A stretch of 64,000 nucleotides of DNA from the NCBI RefSeq assembly GCF_009914755.1, contig NC_060936.1; one strand, given 5' to 3'. The position numbers were made by a program, and so were the translations under genes. The notes below the pieces were generated by a model that searched no databases, was not told the DNA's origin, and saw only the letters and a list, made by a program, of their open reading frames with translations. Origin of the DNA: the human T2T-CHM13v2.0 reference genome, Homo sapiens. Below are positions 44,168 to 60,030 of this stretch, piece after piece. Position 1 is the stretch's first letter. Each line of letters begins with the position of its first letter.

Positions 44168-46225
44168 TCATCAATATTGAAAACTGGAGAGAGACCCTCT
44201 ACAGATGTCTCAGGTTCTCTTTCTCAGCAGCTTTCTTCTGTCTGGATTCTTCCTCACTAATTCTAGCCCCCGCACTCCTAGGGCTCCCAACTTCATACTC
44301 TCAATTCAGTATACCACTGGGCTCAGCCTGGGTTCCCTCTTGCTGTTTTACTGACTAAAAACTCTATCCAGGTACTAAACTCTTTCCAGAAAAAGCTCCC
44401 CTTATTTGTTTTTCTTCTCTCAGGTATTACAGTCCTTTTTCACCTTATGCTCAGTATGTTTAAAAAAAAATTATACCTCTTATACAGTTTTTTAGTTGTT
44501 TAAGGCTAGAAAGCAGAAGATATAGTGAATTTTAAGTCTGCATATCATATTTATCTACTTTAACATTTAGCCTTTTTTCATTTCACCTGACTTGGCTAAA
44601 ATTTAAAATGAAATTTATACTATTTCCCTGTTCAATTTTAAGTTATTGCCATTACATGCAAGAACTTTTATTTTTAACAAAAGGCCAACATGTTATTCAC
44701 ATTATGTTACATGATCGTGCATTGCTGGCGCTGGGTAGAATAAATTTTATTCAGATAATTTTTAAACCCAAAACTGTGTGATATTTTCACATAACTATCC
44801 TCCCTAGCATTTTTTTTTCTTTAAAGAATAATTACTTGTTAATATCCTGGATTTTTATCTCTGAGTCTAGCCATGCTAAAATGAACTTGTGCAGATATTA
44901 CAGTATTGGAAATAGAGAAGATTGAATTGTTTATATAAGACTTCGGATTTCCTTCTTAGTTTCATTGGTTTTCTGTTATTCCTTTTAGAGAATTTGAATC
45001 AACTATTTTCTATTTCCCTATCTACAGTCTAAAAATATAGTTTATAGGTGTGAATTTATGTATGTGTTAGTAGGTATGAATATGGTGCTTATAGCATATA
45101 AATATTTTCCAAATAAAGCATTTCAACATTGTGTATATATGTTTGTGTATGTGTGTATAAATTCTATTACCCTCTGAAGTTGGATTTAATATAATTTGAT
45201 TTATTTTGACATTAACTCTTTCTTTAAATCAGCTATCCTAAATAAACTGTAATTTTTAAAACTAAATTCCGAATAGTGAATTATAGGCAAAAAGATAACT
45301 TTTTATTCAGTTCTGCTGGTTATTTTGAGAATTCAAGTTCAGACTCAAGATTTATTATTTTATCTGAAAAATAATATGTAAGTTGTGAGATTCCGTATGA
45401 AAATTTTGAAATGATATTATTTGTTCAAATAGTATTTATTTTTATCAAATATTTGATATGTTTTCAGAAAATCAAGTCAAATAAGTGGCAGTAGTTGATT
45501 TTCCTTGGCTTACTCATCTTAAAATGAGAAAATGGGTCTTTTAAGTACTATATATTATAACCAATATAATTTAGAACACAGACTAAACTAATGAAATGTA
45601 TATATGTTGTGGCCTGGGAAAAGATAAACTATGATATAAGCTTATATTAGTATTTACTAAGAGAGAAAGTAGAACACAAATTCTTACACAGGCCTACACA
45701 GTTACTACTTTGTACTAGAAATTTGGTTTTTAGCTTCCTAGGAGTCAAAGAAAAGAGGGAAGGAAGCTAGGTGATATGGTTTTCTCTCTCCATGACAGAA
45801 GAAAAATATACGAATTTTTTCCAGGAAGCATAATTTTTAATTAGCATTTAGCTCTAAAAGAAATGTCTCATGTAGGAAAGCATTGGTGAGTGTTTTCAAA
45901 AGTGATTCATACAACACATACAACCATAAATCTTATACAACTTTTTGTTACTACTTTTAATCAAAAGGTTTAATGGAACACTTTTGCAGTGTTGTAATAT
46001 TATAGGATGCATGTCTGAATTATTCTAATAATAAACAGAAATGGATGACCTGCTTGCCTTTCAAACAGTCCTTCATAAATATCACTTCTCTGAAGTAGAT
46101 GTTTCATAAAGTTTTGATAGTTTGAACTCTAGCAAGAGTCTGAGGTACACATAACATTTGTCTGTGTCTTCTGTTTAATAAGATGATATATAAAATGTTT
46201 ATTGTTTAGTGTTTTACTTATGTAA

Positions 46226-46549
<324 letters not shown>

Positions 46550-47062
46550 TAACTTCCAAATGATGTTAACATTCAGTTGAATAAGTAAGAAACTACCTTT
46601 AATTCAGCAAAAGCATCTTTTTAGAAGCACTCCTTTCTTTGTTCAACGGCATCCCAATTTATAAACGTATTTGAGTTTATCCCAAAATTCTCAGTTAATT
46701 TGCAGGCATAATTTGACATATGTTCAGCACATAAAATATTTGTTACCTTTATCCAACTAGATTATACACTTTTTGAAGAAATTGATTATATTGTATATTA
46801 TTTGTTTTCTTGGCACAGAGAAGAACATCATATAAGATATACAACTAGAAATATAGAGCTTTTCAGTTCTCATGAGCAAGGTGGTTTTTATTACTCCCTT
46901 AGATAGCTTTCACTATGTTCGGAGAACTCTGATTATTTGAACAGTTTTTTTTTTTTTTTTTGGTGGTGGTTTTTCTGTACTGTTTTTCTTCTTATTTTCT
47001 TACCCTGTGTCACTTCATACTCATAAGAGTTATGTTTTCTCTCCCTTTTAATTGTTGAAGAC

Positions 47063-47380
<318 letters not shown>

Positions 47381-47479
47381 TTATTGAAGACAATAGTACA
47401 TTTTCTCAGGCATTTATTATATGTCAGAAAGTATGTTTAATGAATTGCAGATACATAATTTTTTGCTGTAGCTGCTAGA

Positions 47480-49330
47480 TTGATTTATTCATTCAATAAA
47501 AACTTAGACTTTACCCTTTGTACAGTGCAACATTTTAGGTGCTGAGGTTATGATAGTAAATACACAGTTCACGTTTCCAGAGAACTTACACAGTTCACGT
47601 TTCCAGAGAACTTACATTCTAGAGAAATTTGGATGTCTGAGATACAGAGTAGATTTAAAGATTGTGTTGTCTATTATCCTTGAACATGTTGAGTTTGCAT
47701 TACTGTTGAAACATCCTGTTGGACATTTTGAACAGCACTTTATGTCTGGAGTTCATAGAAGATAGTTAAGTTACACATAGAAATCTTATCCATTAACATA
47801 GAGGTGGTAATTGAAACCAGGATGTAGATAAGGTGAAATGTAGATGAGGTTATAGAGCAGCCTTTCTCAACTGGGGTTTTGTCAATTCTGTCAAAGATGG
47901 TAGCTGTTAACATTCTAGATGCACAGAAGTTCACTCATACTCATAATGGAAGCCTTAGGGTATTTGGTCTTAATTCTCCCCAGAAAACAGTTGAGTGGGC
48001 TAAATACAGTGAAAAGAGAAGATACCTACTACTAGGTCTTGAGAAACTCCTATATTTAGATGTTGAAGAGAAGGATCCTGAATAGAAGACATATCGAATG
48101 AAGAGAAAAGTAGGAAAGTGTATTACAGACCAAATGGTTAACACTAACAGATGCTCTTGAGGGGGAAAGTGAGATCTAGAATCTGTTGGATTGGACTTCT
48201 TTTAGTCTGTAGGTACTTAAATGAAATTTGTTTATGTGCAGTGAGTGATTTGATGAGGAAGTGAAGAGAGCTAGTATAGACCTGTAGGAATAATTTAACT
48301 TTGACTGTTTCAAAGGATGGGATAAACTTGATTTATTTCCTCCCTAAGGGAAGACTATGCTGGTCAGGCAATGGTTTCAAGTATAACAAACTGCTAATCT
48401 TATGTAGGGCCTGGGGAAGCATTGAGATCTGGCATTGGTAGACCTTCAGAGGTAGGAGGGAGCAATGTCAGGGAGAGACTGTTGATTGGTTGGCATATAG
48501 AAGCATTTTTATTGGCGTACTCAGCTACTCAGCTGACTTTTTTGAATGCGGATATCCCTGATGGGTTGGCTTGCAGGAACATATTTATTAAGCTGAAATG
48601 TTGATTGGTTAAGTGGTAGACTTAAGTTGATTAGTTAAGTGGGCTACTTGATACTATGGCAACAAAATCTTTTCCTAAGATCATGAGAACTTGTTTTGTA
48701 CCTGAGGTATGTAACGAATAGGGAAGGTAGCTTAAAAAATGTATTGTTAAAGATGTTTAAGGCTGGAGAGACAAGAGCATGTTTAAATATAGATAGGAAG
48801 AATACAGTTGATTAGAAAGTGGTTAATAAATTAGAGAAGGGATAATTGTTAGTGAAGTTTATGAGGAGCAGGAGATAGGGAGCACAGGTTTGGCCTGAGA
48901 TAGAAGAGACACCCCTTATGTTACAAGAAGAAATGAATGTGGATGTTGGTAGGTTTAGTAGCAGGAAATTAAAGAAATTCTTGTTTTATGGCTTCAGCTT
49001 TCATTGTAAATTAGGAAATGTAGTTGCCTGCTAAAACTGACATGGGTCAAAAATTTGAGAAAAGTAGTGAAGATTCAAAGCAGTCAAGAAGAGTGGAAGG
49101 AACTTTCCAGAGAAACCTAGAAATCCCAAACAGTCTTAAGGATAAATTTGAACTTGGTGCTCATGCTTTTATGACAGTATTAATCTGTTCAGCTTTGGGA
49201 CTTTCTCTAGCAGTGCGTTGCCACTCTGGTAAATACAGACAAAAGAAATAAACGGTAGAATACATCTAAAGCTGGAGTTTTCCTAAAAGAAAGGTTAAAA
49301 AAAAAGGAGAGGTAGGGGAATTAAGGTTTC
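47480..49330 (-). mobile_element. Degraded LINE-2 fragments
   Basis: atttattcattcaataaa (L2 3' end, reverse) followed by purine-rich antisense L2; 48900-49040 resembles the reverse complement of the L2 at 2805-2920. Confidence 0.55.
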
Positions 49331-49611
49331 AGCAAATAAAATAATGGTGTATGTAATGTAAGCTGAATTTTAAATGTATATAAAAATGGAACAGCTGTGG
49401 CCTTAAGCATAACTCTATTTTCAGTATAGTCCTAATAAATGTGCTATTTTTTTTATGGTGATGTTTTCTGAAGATCTCTGGAAGGGATAAGTAGAACAAA
49501 GGAGCACCTACCAGATACCATGTTAAGCACTTATTAGATAAGATGTCATATATATGTCAACAGCATAATGTAAGTTGTTATTAATCCCCATTTTATTTGT
49601 AAAGAACTAAC

Positions 49612-49925
49612 TGGGTTCAATCGCTCATGCCTGTAATCCCAGTGCCTTGGGAGGCAGAAATGGGAAGATCACTGGAGGCCAGGAGTTTGGGACAAACCTG
49701 GGCAAGACAGTGAGATCCCACCTCTAAAAAAAATTTTTAAATTAGCCAGGCATGGTAGTGCATACCTGTAGTCCTAGGTGTTTGGGAGGCTGAGGCAGGA
49801 GGATTGCTTGAGCCCAAGAGTTCAAGAATGCAGTAGACTATGATCATGCCACTATACTCTATCCTGGATGACAGACAAGACCCTGTCAGAAAAAAAAAAA
49901 AGGAAGAAGAAAAAAAGAAAGAAAG
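49612..49925 (+). mobile_element. AluJ
   Basis: Diverged two-arm Alu with A/G-rich tail. Confidence 0.9.
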
Positions 49926-51249
49926 ACTCTGGAGGTGACTGAGTGGTTTGCCTTATGTAGGAAATGAGAAGTAAAGCAGATTTGTCTCAAACTCTTTGCT
50001 CTTTCTACTAATATCCTAACATTTAAGGACAGTTTATGCTACTGGAAGAAGGAAATTACAAGAGAGTGATAGTTAACTAGGTTGGCATACATTATTAGAG
50101 AGCATATTAGGACCTGTGAATAAGTTAATCATTAGAGACATTTCTTATCCCAGAACCTATAGATTTTTCCTGAGAGATTTTTTTTGTTTTGTATAGTTTA
50201 TGCATCAGTCTACAATACACTTTTGAGTGAATTTAACACTTAATTCCCTCAAGTGAAATTGCCTTGGGGCGGCCATGAATTAATAGGTATAATTTTTTTT
50301 TCAATGAACTACATACATATTCAGGAACTTTTCTTTATCTGTTTCACATTTTTTGCTGATTATTTTTGTCAAGCATCTCTGGGAAATGGAAAGTGAATTC
50401 TATGCACTCTTAGTTATTCTTACCTTTTTGATTTAAAAAAACTGAAGTGTCAGACCTATAAATTGGTATGATGGTGACCAGTTTGATGGTAGTGATTTTC
50501 CTCAGATTCAGTGTTGCCTTATTACAAATCATTAATGTGTGAACATTTGTGGAGAGTATTCTTTTCAATGTATACACCTCTATATTTCACAAATTAAGTC
50601 AAATAGAAAAAAAGGACATTCTTTCACCTTAGCCCATTAGAAGAGTCTCAAACTTGTGAAGCTAAAGGTTTAACTTGTTTATTCAATTAAGTACTGTAAA
50701 ACAAATCGGGGTAACAAAATATGGAAGCAGATGTCCATAGAAACAGATTTCCTAATAACGACCAAACTTATTTCCTTCACAAGCTATTTATGTGCTAGTT
50801 TTTTATGGGTGTATAATGTGGAAACCACATGTCATCCCATTTTCAAAATGGTAAGAAATCTAAACATTTTTATGATGTTTCATTTCAATGTTCAGTGTTA
50901 TATTAATAATTTTAGAAATTCTTGTAGAATGAAAGACTGTTGATTTAAAGGGGGGCAGTTTTATTTTTATGCATACACTAAGCTTCTAGTTAAATACATT
51001 TAACCTTTCAGGATGTTATGTGAAGTAATGCTAAGGTACAGTAGTCTGCTATCTTGTCTGAACGACACCTGATTTCATTCCCTCAGTTTCCAATATCATG
51101 TGGTTTCTTAAAGTAGTAAAGTTGTAAAAACTGACATGTTTAGCTTTTTTTTAATCAGCATTTGTGGTTTTGTTTTGTTGAAAAACCTATTAGCATATTT
51201 CATTATCATCTTATTTTTACCACACGCACATAAGTTAGATGTGTAAAAT

Positions 51250-52020
51250 TTTTATTTATTTAATTTGTATTCCTCCTAACTGAAGTTTTATGCCTTTTGA
51301 CCAACCTCTCCCCAACCTTCTCCCTCCAACCCTGGTGACCACCATGTACTGTACTTCTGTGAGTTCAACTTTTACAAATTCTACATACAAGTGAGATCAT
51401 GCGTTGTTTGTCTTTCTGTGGCTGGCTTATTTCTCTTAACATGGTGTCCTCCGGGTTTATCCATGTCAGAAATGACAGGATTTCCTTCTGTTTTAAGGCT
51501 AAATAGTATTCTAAAGTGTATATGTACCACATTTTTTTCATCCAGTAATCTGTTGATGGATACTTAGGTTGTTCCCATATCTTGGCTATTGTAAATTGAA
51601 TAATGCTGCAATGAACAGGGGAGGTCAGATCTCTCTTCAACATACTGACTTCATTTCCTTTGGATCTATACCCAGTAGTGAGGATGCTGGGTCACATGGT
51701 AGTTCTATTTTTAATTTTTTGAGAAGCCTTCCTACTGTTTGCTTAATGGCAATGCTAATTTACATCCCACCAACAGTGTGCAAGTGTTTCCTTTACGTTC
51801 TTGCCAACATTTGTTATCTTTTGACTTTTTGATAATAGCCATTCTTACAGGTGTGCGATGACATCTCATTGTGGTTTTAATTTTCACTTCCTTAATGATA
51901 GTGATGTTGAACATTTATATACTTGATGGCCATTGGCATGTTGTCTTCTGAGGAATATCTATTTAGCTACTTTGCCCATTTTTTAAATTGGGTTGTTTTC
52001 TTATGATTGTTTGAGTGTGT
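51250..52020 (-). mobile_element. L1MA-type 3' fragment
   Basis: ORFs 51365..51643 and 51732..51914 give L1 ORF2 C-terminal sequence (IKTTMRCHRTPVRMAIIKKSKDNKCW; FTIAKIWEQPKYPS). Confidence 0.88.
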
Positions 52021-52547
52021 TATTTTAGATAGAATTTCAAAAAGTACTTCCACTATTTAACTGGATGAACCTTTATTGTTTAATTTTTGCTTAAAGATGT
52101 GAATATTTACATTTATTAAAGTTTTTATATTTTACTATGCAAGCATATTCTTTACAGAAAACCAGTGAGATATAGCTAATTATGCTTCTCAAATTTAAAA
52201 TGCTGTAATGGTTTAGATTTTAATTTCAAGGAGTAATCACTCCCAAACACACCTAGAAATCTTGTTTTCAAAGTTCATAGATATCCTCTAATTTTAACTT
52301 TTAGAATTCAAGATTTCCATTTCACCTTGCTTACGTACATCCTGATGTTTGTTAATGTCTAAGTTGCCTTCTTTATGTTTAAATTAATATTCTTCACAGT
52401 ATTATTAAAAATAGTTTAGCAGTACACTATCCAGGTTAAATGATAAAATATTTGGATTCAAGTATCAGATGCCCATATATTTCTTAATTTATTATAAATT
52501 ATTTTAAATTTATTATAAATTATTAAATCTTCTTTTTTTTTTTGTAG

Positions 52548-52697
<150 letters not shown>

Positions 52698-54501
52698 TGA
52701 ATTTAAATGTCAGTTCATGTAATGCTTACTATGGAATTAAGTGTGACACATTTTAAAATTTAAATATTTAGTTCAGTTTTCTAAGTCATGCTTTTGTATC
52801 TTTTGGTTTTTCATCTCCATAGTCTCCTCATTTGTCTTGTAAGTCAAGTTAGGAAAGCTCCATGGCACCTACTTATTCTGTGTTCTTCCCTATATTTATG
52901 TAATTTGATTTTACAGCCTGAGACAGAACAAACTTTGAGTCAGATCCAAATGAAAACAAGGATGTTACTGAGAATAAAGTCTCAAATGACCATTGCCACT
53001 TCCATATTCAGTGAACTAAGATAATAGTCATCCTACTTAAGTGAGTCATATTGAGTTAATATATATAAAATGCATATAGTAAGCAATCTGTAATTTCTTG
53101 CTATCATCACTATCTTCATTATAATCTTTGTATCCTAGTTGCCTCAAACTAACAGTTAAGGAACAGCATAGTCACACTGTATATATGCTTAGGAACTATA
53201 ATTGTTATAGGTATTATCTCATTGTATACTTATGCTGTGGCACTAAAATTATCAAATCAAGCAAATTGTTAAAGGTCAAGTAATACTAATGTAATAATAT
53301 TGAGTTTGCAACTTGAAAAAGAAATAGTCACTTCTTTCACTTTCCTATTTTCCAGTCATCCCTCACCCCACAGAATTCTGACTTCTCTCCACTTCACCCT
53401 TAAGCATATAACAAAGTGCCTCCTAGTAGCTAAACTAAGTCAACTCTTTTAATTTAAAGTTTATTTCCCTAGTGTCTGTAAAAAGTATTTGTCCTGATTA
53501 ATTCTTCTGGCTGCACCTGCTCTTTGAATATTTACATTTTTCAAAGTCTTATGGCCACTTTTTTCACACCGCATGTGTTCCACAGATAATCTCATCCCTG
53601 TCTGCAATATTTAACTGCCATCTACCAAACCTGTTCTCTTAGCTTTTACCCATATATCCATTTATAATCACTACCCATTTTTGAATGCCTGCCATGTACC
53701 AAGGGCCATGATAGACACTTTAGATTTCTTTTCTCATTTAATCTTGACACTTCTTAAGTCTGCTTTGCAGATGTGAACATTGAAGCCATATAGGTTATCC
53801 AAGATCACACAGCTAGTAAATAACAGTCTTGTTTCAGATTCACATCTGACTGCTTCCAATGACCATGTTCTTTCACATCCATACTTGTGTGTTCTAGTTA
53901 AGTGGATCTATCAAAATGAAATAAATTAAACCATGTTACAGGAACAAAAACACAGACTCAGAGACTATTAATACTAAACAAGATCATAAAGATTATAGGT
54001 GAAGAATTGAGCCCTCAAATAATTAACCTAAAGTTGTATAAGTAATTTGCCTCTGTTTAATGAAGAGTCACTTTTACTATGCCTGTTAATAGACAATTCT
54101 AGCTTTACAATAGAGAAATAAACCAAAAATATCATGATAGTCTTGGTATAAATTGTAAGTAAAACATTTTCAAATGTGATCAGTGATAAGGTTGACCCCT
54201 TTCTAAACTCAATTAAGAATACTCAGTTGTAGAAAATGGCACAAAGGACTGTAAGTGTAAAAAGTCACATTTAAAAATTGGTTTTTTCCATTTTTTATCA
54301 TTTATTTTAAACAGAGCTTTTGAAATATAGCCAATATTAGCATATATAATGTAATTGACTGGAAGGTCATATTCACAGTATTTAATTTTTTTGGTGTTGT
54401 ATCCTCTAAAGTTGGGTGTTCATTAGAATGAATTAGAATAAATTAACATATGATATTTTAGGAGCATTTAAGATACTTCTTACCTCTGTTCTAAAAGGTA
54501 A

Positions 54502-54696
<195 letters not shown>

Positions 54697-56131
54697 TGAC
54701 AGGAAAGTATGTCATCAGTGATTTCTTGGAACAATTTCTAAGCTGTTTTAACTTTGTTTTTAATTAGACATTTAACAGTCAATATTAAGTACTTTACTAA
54801 AAGATTAATGAAAATAATTTGTTGTTTAACATAATGCCATAACCAAATGCTCTGAATAATACTTAGCTATATGTCCAAAGCATATATGATAATTCCCTAA
54901 ATGCTATACAGTTATTGGAAGCTCAAATGACACAATGTTTAAATCAGAATACTATATTTCATTGGTTCTAAAGGTGCTTATATTTTTCCTTTTTTATATC
55001 TCTGAAATCAAATAAGTCTTACAGTGAAAAGCATCTTAAATTAGTGGCCTTTTTTCTCTCTTAATGGTACTTAAAATAATGATGTTATAATCGATGGCAT
55101 CAATTCAGTAAAATAAAATGTACAGCGAAAAAAAAAAGGCACCCAATGATGTGGAAGATAACCAGTGGTTACAATACTATCAGAAAGATAAGAATTGGCA
55201 GAAAGAAAGGATCAAGATTTCTATAGAATGGACATTATAAATCGGAAAAAGGTCTTTTAAAAAACAAAAATTTGTTTTCTTTAAAGGTTATCCGCAAAGA
55301 TTTTTTCAAGCTCTCCCTTACCAGTACCCCTCTTCAGATATCTGAATTTTTACTTCCTTTGGACTGTTTCTTAACTCTTCATTACTTAGCTTTATTGGAT
55401 TGCTGCTTCATTCCAGTGGTCTGTGTGATTTCTTGGTTCCCCATCTCCCTAAGATCAGATGAGTCTCTTCTTATACAACTCAGTAGCTCTACTCTCTCTC
55501 CCAACTCAGAAGTCTGCCAACAAGTGAGACCTCATTACCATGCTTATTAATCCATACTCCTAGGATACCAGTGGAGCCCCATAATTTTCCAGAATTTTGC
55601 TTATACTCACTCCCAGGACAGTGGTTGGAACCTATAGCCACAACGACTGCAATTAGTTCCTTGGCTAGGTGTCATCTATCTGCAAGAACACTACGGCAAT
55701 CTGCGAACTCTGAAAGCACAGATTGACTCAGAGCTTTAATCTCAGGTTTTCCATTACCATAATGGACTACATAAATAATTTTAAATATGTCAAGTCTAAA
55801 AATAAGTCATCAGTGCAACATTTAAACATATTCTCATGTTCCAGTGCTTTTGCTCCTAAAAATACAAATGGCAGAGCAGAAGTTTTGAAACACCACTGTG
55901 CTTTCATCAAATAACATTTTCAGTAAAATGTTAATATATAACGTGAATGAAATAAGACACTGCTGTGGTTTTAGTATGTTGGTGTTCAGGTTCAGGGAGA
56001 GTAAATTTGGTGAAGCAGTCTTTATTTGACTCCTGTGTCATCCCCAGAGACATTTCCATAGAACATTATTTTCTTAATAGTATACCAAACAAATATCTGT
56101 ATGAACTGGAGTCATTTTTTTTTAATTGTAA

Positions 56132-56281
<150 letters not shown>

Positions 56282-56449
56282 TAACTAATAAAATCATGAA
56301 TTTTATTTTTTAAAAAGTTTTGATTATCCTTGGGGGAAATAAGGTAGTTTATTTACTAGCTTTATTCTGAGTGACTTGAATACTAGAGTTCAGTGCTTAT
56401 TTTGAACTGGATTACATATAACAGCCACTTAATATCAGACTCTGTTACC

Positions 56450-56748
56450 AGGCTGGTGGCTCACACCTGTATTCCCAGCACTTTGGGAGGCTGACACAGG
56501 AGGGTCACACCAGGAGTTCATGACCAGCCTAGGCAACAAAGCAAGATCCTGTCTTTACAAAATAAAAATTAAAAAATTAGCCAGGCATGGTGGTGTGGGC
56601 ATGTAAACTCGGCTACTTGGGAGGCTCAGGTGGGAGGATTCCTTGAGCCCAGGAGTTCAAGGCTGCAGTGAGCTATGATCACATGATTATACCACTGTAC
56701 TCCAGCCTGGGTGACAGAGTGAGACTGTGTCTCAAAAACAAACAAAAA
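56450..56748 (+). mobile_element. AluJ
   Basis: Diverged two-arm Alu. Confidence 0.9.
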
Positions 56749-56994
56749 CATTTATGGATTTTTTCTTAACATAGAGTTGTTGTGTGGCATGGATATGGAT
56801 AAGCAGTTTTGGTGGAATGATGGGTGCAAAAGCCTGATAGTAGTGAGCTTAAGAGAATGGGGAAAGAATACTTGGAGACAATTCGTATAGAAAACTCTTT
56901 TGAAGGGTGTTGATAAGAAATGGTGGCAGTGCTGGGTATGTGGTCAAGAAAGGATGGTAAGATAAGAGGGTTTTGGCTTTTTTAAACCAGTTTG

Positions 56995-57293
<299 letters not shown>

Positions 57294-59522
57294 TTACATG
57301 TTTTTCTGTTGCAACTTTTTAGCTATAATAGTGATGGCATAGACATGGAAAATTCTGTTAAATAGGATTAAAGTTTTTTCAGTTGTGTATTACTCATCAA
57401 GAAAGGGTTTAAGGAGTGAATAAATGATGAGCCACAGAATCTAAGCTGGTTAAGAAGGGATGTGAGAGAGGATGAGGGATGGAGGAAAGGTAACAAGATC
57501 AGTGGATCTGAGGAATTGTTGGTTTCTGAGTAGGATGTAGCTAGAGCAGCAGTATTTTTCGACAGGAGTGCTATTGGCGTTTTGAGTGCAGAACTGTATT
57601 ACAGGATATGTACTAGACATGGCCCCCCATCCACCAAATGCCATCATTATTTTCCATTCAGAGTGATGACCAAAAAGAAACCCCTGCACATTACTAAATA
57701 TCCTTGAAGGGGTGCAGAGTGTCAGACACTGTTGTTTTTTTCTAGTAAGTACAACTATGACCACTGCACTAACTGGCTAAGGTAGAAAGGAGGTGAAAAT
57801 CATTTGGAAAAAAGGTCATCAAGACCACAGTATTCAAAGATTAATATCTATATGGATTATGAAATCACTAAATCATTAAGAATTTTGACAAAAGTAATGT
57901 TAGAGAAAGCAACAGGGAGCCAGGGTCTGTGATCCAGGAATCAAAGACTACAACACTGATAAGAATAGCAGATAATAGAGTTAAATTACAATCAGACATG
58001 AGTATGGTAAAAAGGAGAGAGAATTGTCCAAAAATGGCAACATGGATCAAGGAAGAAGATACCTGTTCTTCCCCCAGGCCCAGTGTGGCAAAGGATAGAA
58101 AAGAACACAGTCACCACTTGAAAGGGCTAAAGGTAACCATGTCTCCAAAACAAAGCTAAGTTTCAATTAGAGAAAGGTGAAGAAAAAGTTGTGAAAATAT
58201 AACTGATGGTCTAGCCTTTCAGTTTTATCTCTCTTAGCCCTTCATGTAGTTTAGTTTTTCTTGGAATGTGGGATTAATGTCCTGTACTTCCTTACTTCTT
58301 TGCCTTTATTTTCTTCCTTGAGACTAGAATTTCTCCCTTCTCCCTTTCCTCCCATTTTCCAGTGACTTCTCTTGTAAAAACTCTTCCTATCTTTCCAGCT
58401 GTAAGCAAATAGTTTTCATATGTAAAACCCCTTAACTTCCTCTGTATCTTTCCTATATTTGTAATTTTCTATTTAGTGCTATATTTTATTTATTTAAATA
58501 CAAATTTATTTAAAATATTTATTTATTTAAACTGTGGAGCTTCCTTGGGGTAGCAGGAACATCTGATTCATTTTTGTACCCCTGCATCATCAAGTAGGGT
58601 CCTATACGCAGTCAGCAGTCTCTAAATATTTTAATTAATTACTTTCTTAAGTCTTGAGATGTGCAATGCATGGATTAATTATATTCTAAGAGTTTTTAGA
58701 GAAGCAGCCATCTTTGATTGTCAGGCACACAAGGGCTTTGAGACTGAGATGTTACTTAGGCCCCTCAGACTCTTCTTTCTTGTTTCTAAAATGGGATAGT
58801 AATTTCTGTCTCACAGTATTGTTGTAAATACTAAGTTAAGTGTGTGTGGGGTGTGTGTACACATTCAGTTTTGTCTAGTGAATAGTGTGCCTATCACAGG
58901 ATGTTGCAGACATGGACACTCAGTTTTTAAATAATTTTTCCCCCTCATTGTCAATTGTCACTAATTGCTGTTTTTGAGATATTTGCTGAACCTTTCTTCA
59001 GTTTGACTTCACTATCACACTTTGAGAATTGCTGTTTCTATTAATCATAAGCCATGAGATAGGAAAACAAGTAAACCAGTTTATTATATTATGAATAAAG
59101 CGTTTTTTAAACTTAGAAATATTGAATGTGGCATCTGAGGTTTCTTGGCTTATTCCATGTTTTTTTAAGCTGTATTCTTCCTAGATGGGTTTGACAGATG
59201 AAATGACATGTTATTTTACTGTATCTTAGATAGTTTAGACGGGGCAAGACAGTGACCAGGATAAGGTTAAGAGGGACAACTAGTGTGATGGTTAGTTAAA
59301 AGTTTGGACTCTGGCATCAGACCTTTTCTCAAATTTAGTTCAATCACTCTAAGTTTTCTATCTATAAATTTGGAGTAATAATACCTCCATTCTTTTGTAT
59401 GGGTTATGTTAAATACTGGTTATATAAGACTTAGGCCAGTTTCTAGGCAATAATGTATATTCAATAAATATGAGCTGGTAAGTATTAATGGCATTATTTT
59501 CACTGGAGCCAGGAAAGGAGGT

Positions 59523-60028
59523 TGCTGAGTCTGTCCTGCAGACTCTGGCTGAGTGATGGATGAAAGAGGTATGCTGACACAGGTATTTTGCCTGACAGTG
59601 TGGCTAGGAGACTGCACAGCTTAGCACCGCCAATGAGAGAGTGCAGCAGCCACCAAGAGAGTGCAGCCCCCGTAAGCAGGCCCCGGTCGCATTTATTTAA
59701 TACAGATTTAATGACACAGGCTTGGAGCAAACACAATTTGTGGGTAATAAACATTGTCAACCCCCGGAGTAGAGAGCAGTCCTGTGCGCAAATGATCAAA
59801 GATTGGTTTCTGGAGACAGGAGTAAACAAATTTATCTAGATAAGTTCCTTTACATTCCCTTGTTATCTACCCTTTGCTCTCAGGCTCTGGATAAGAGAAT
59901 CTGGCTGCCTTCAGCCATAATTCTCTTCTGAAGCTTTTGCAAAACCTCCTGGCCTTCCAAAAAGATTTGCATCTTTCCCTATAACTTTTTCTTACAACTT
60001 TTCCCACTACCCTGACCGAACTCCTACA
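59523..60028 (-). mobile_element. 3' LTR (LTR22 family), 506 bp
   Basis: Minus strand TGTAGGAG...GACAGACTCAGCA; polypurine tract aaaaaacagaaaagggtgaga at 60029-60049; AATAAA at 59692-59697; terminal 14 bp match 63987-64000 with one mismatch. Confidence 0.9.
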
Positions 60029-60030
60029 TC

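Noticed and set aside
59420-59839. ORFs of 65-109 aa on both strands of the LTR22
   Set aside because: Inside an LTR, no retroviral or cellular protein similarity that I can recognise
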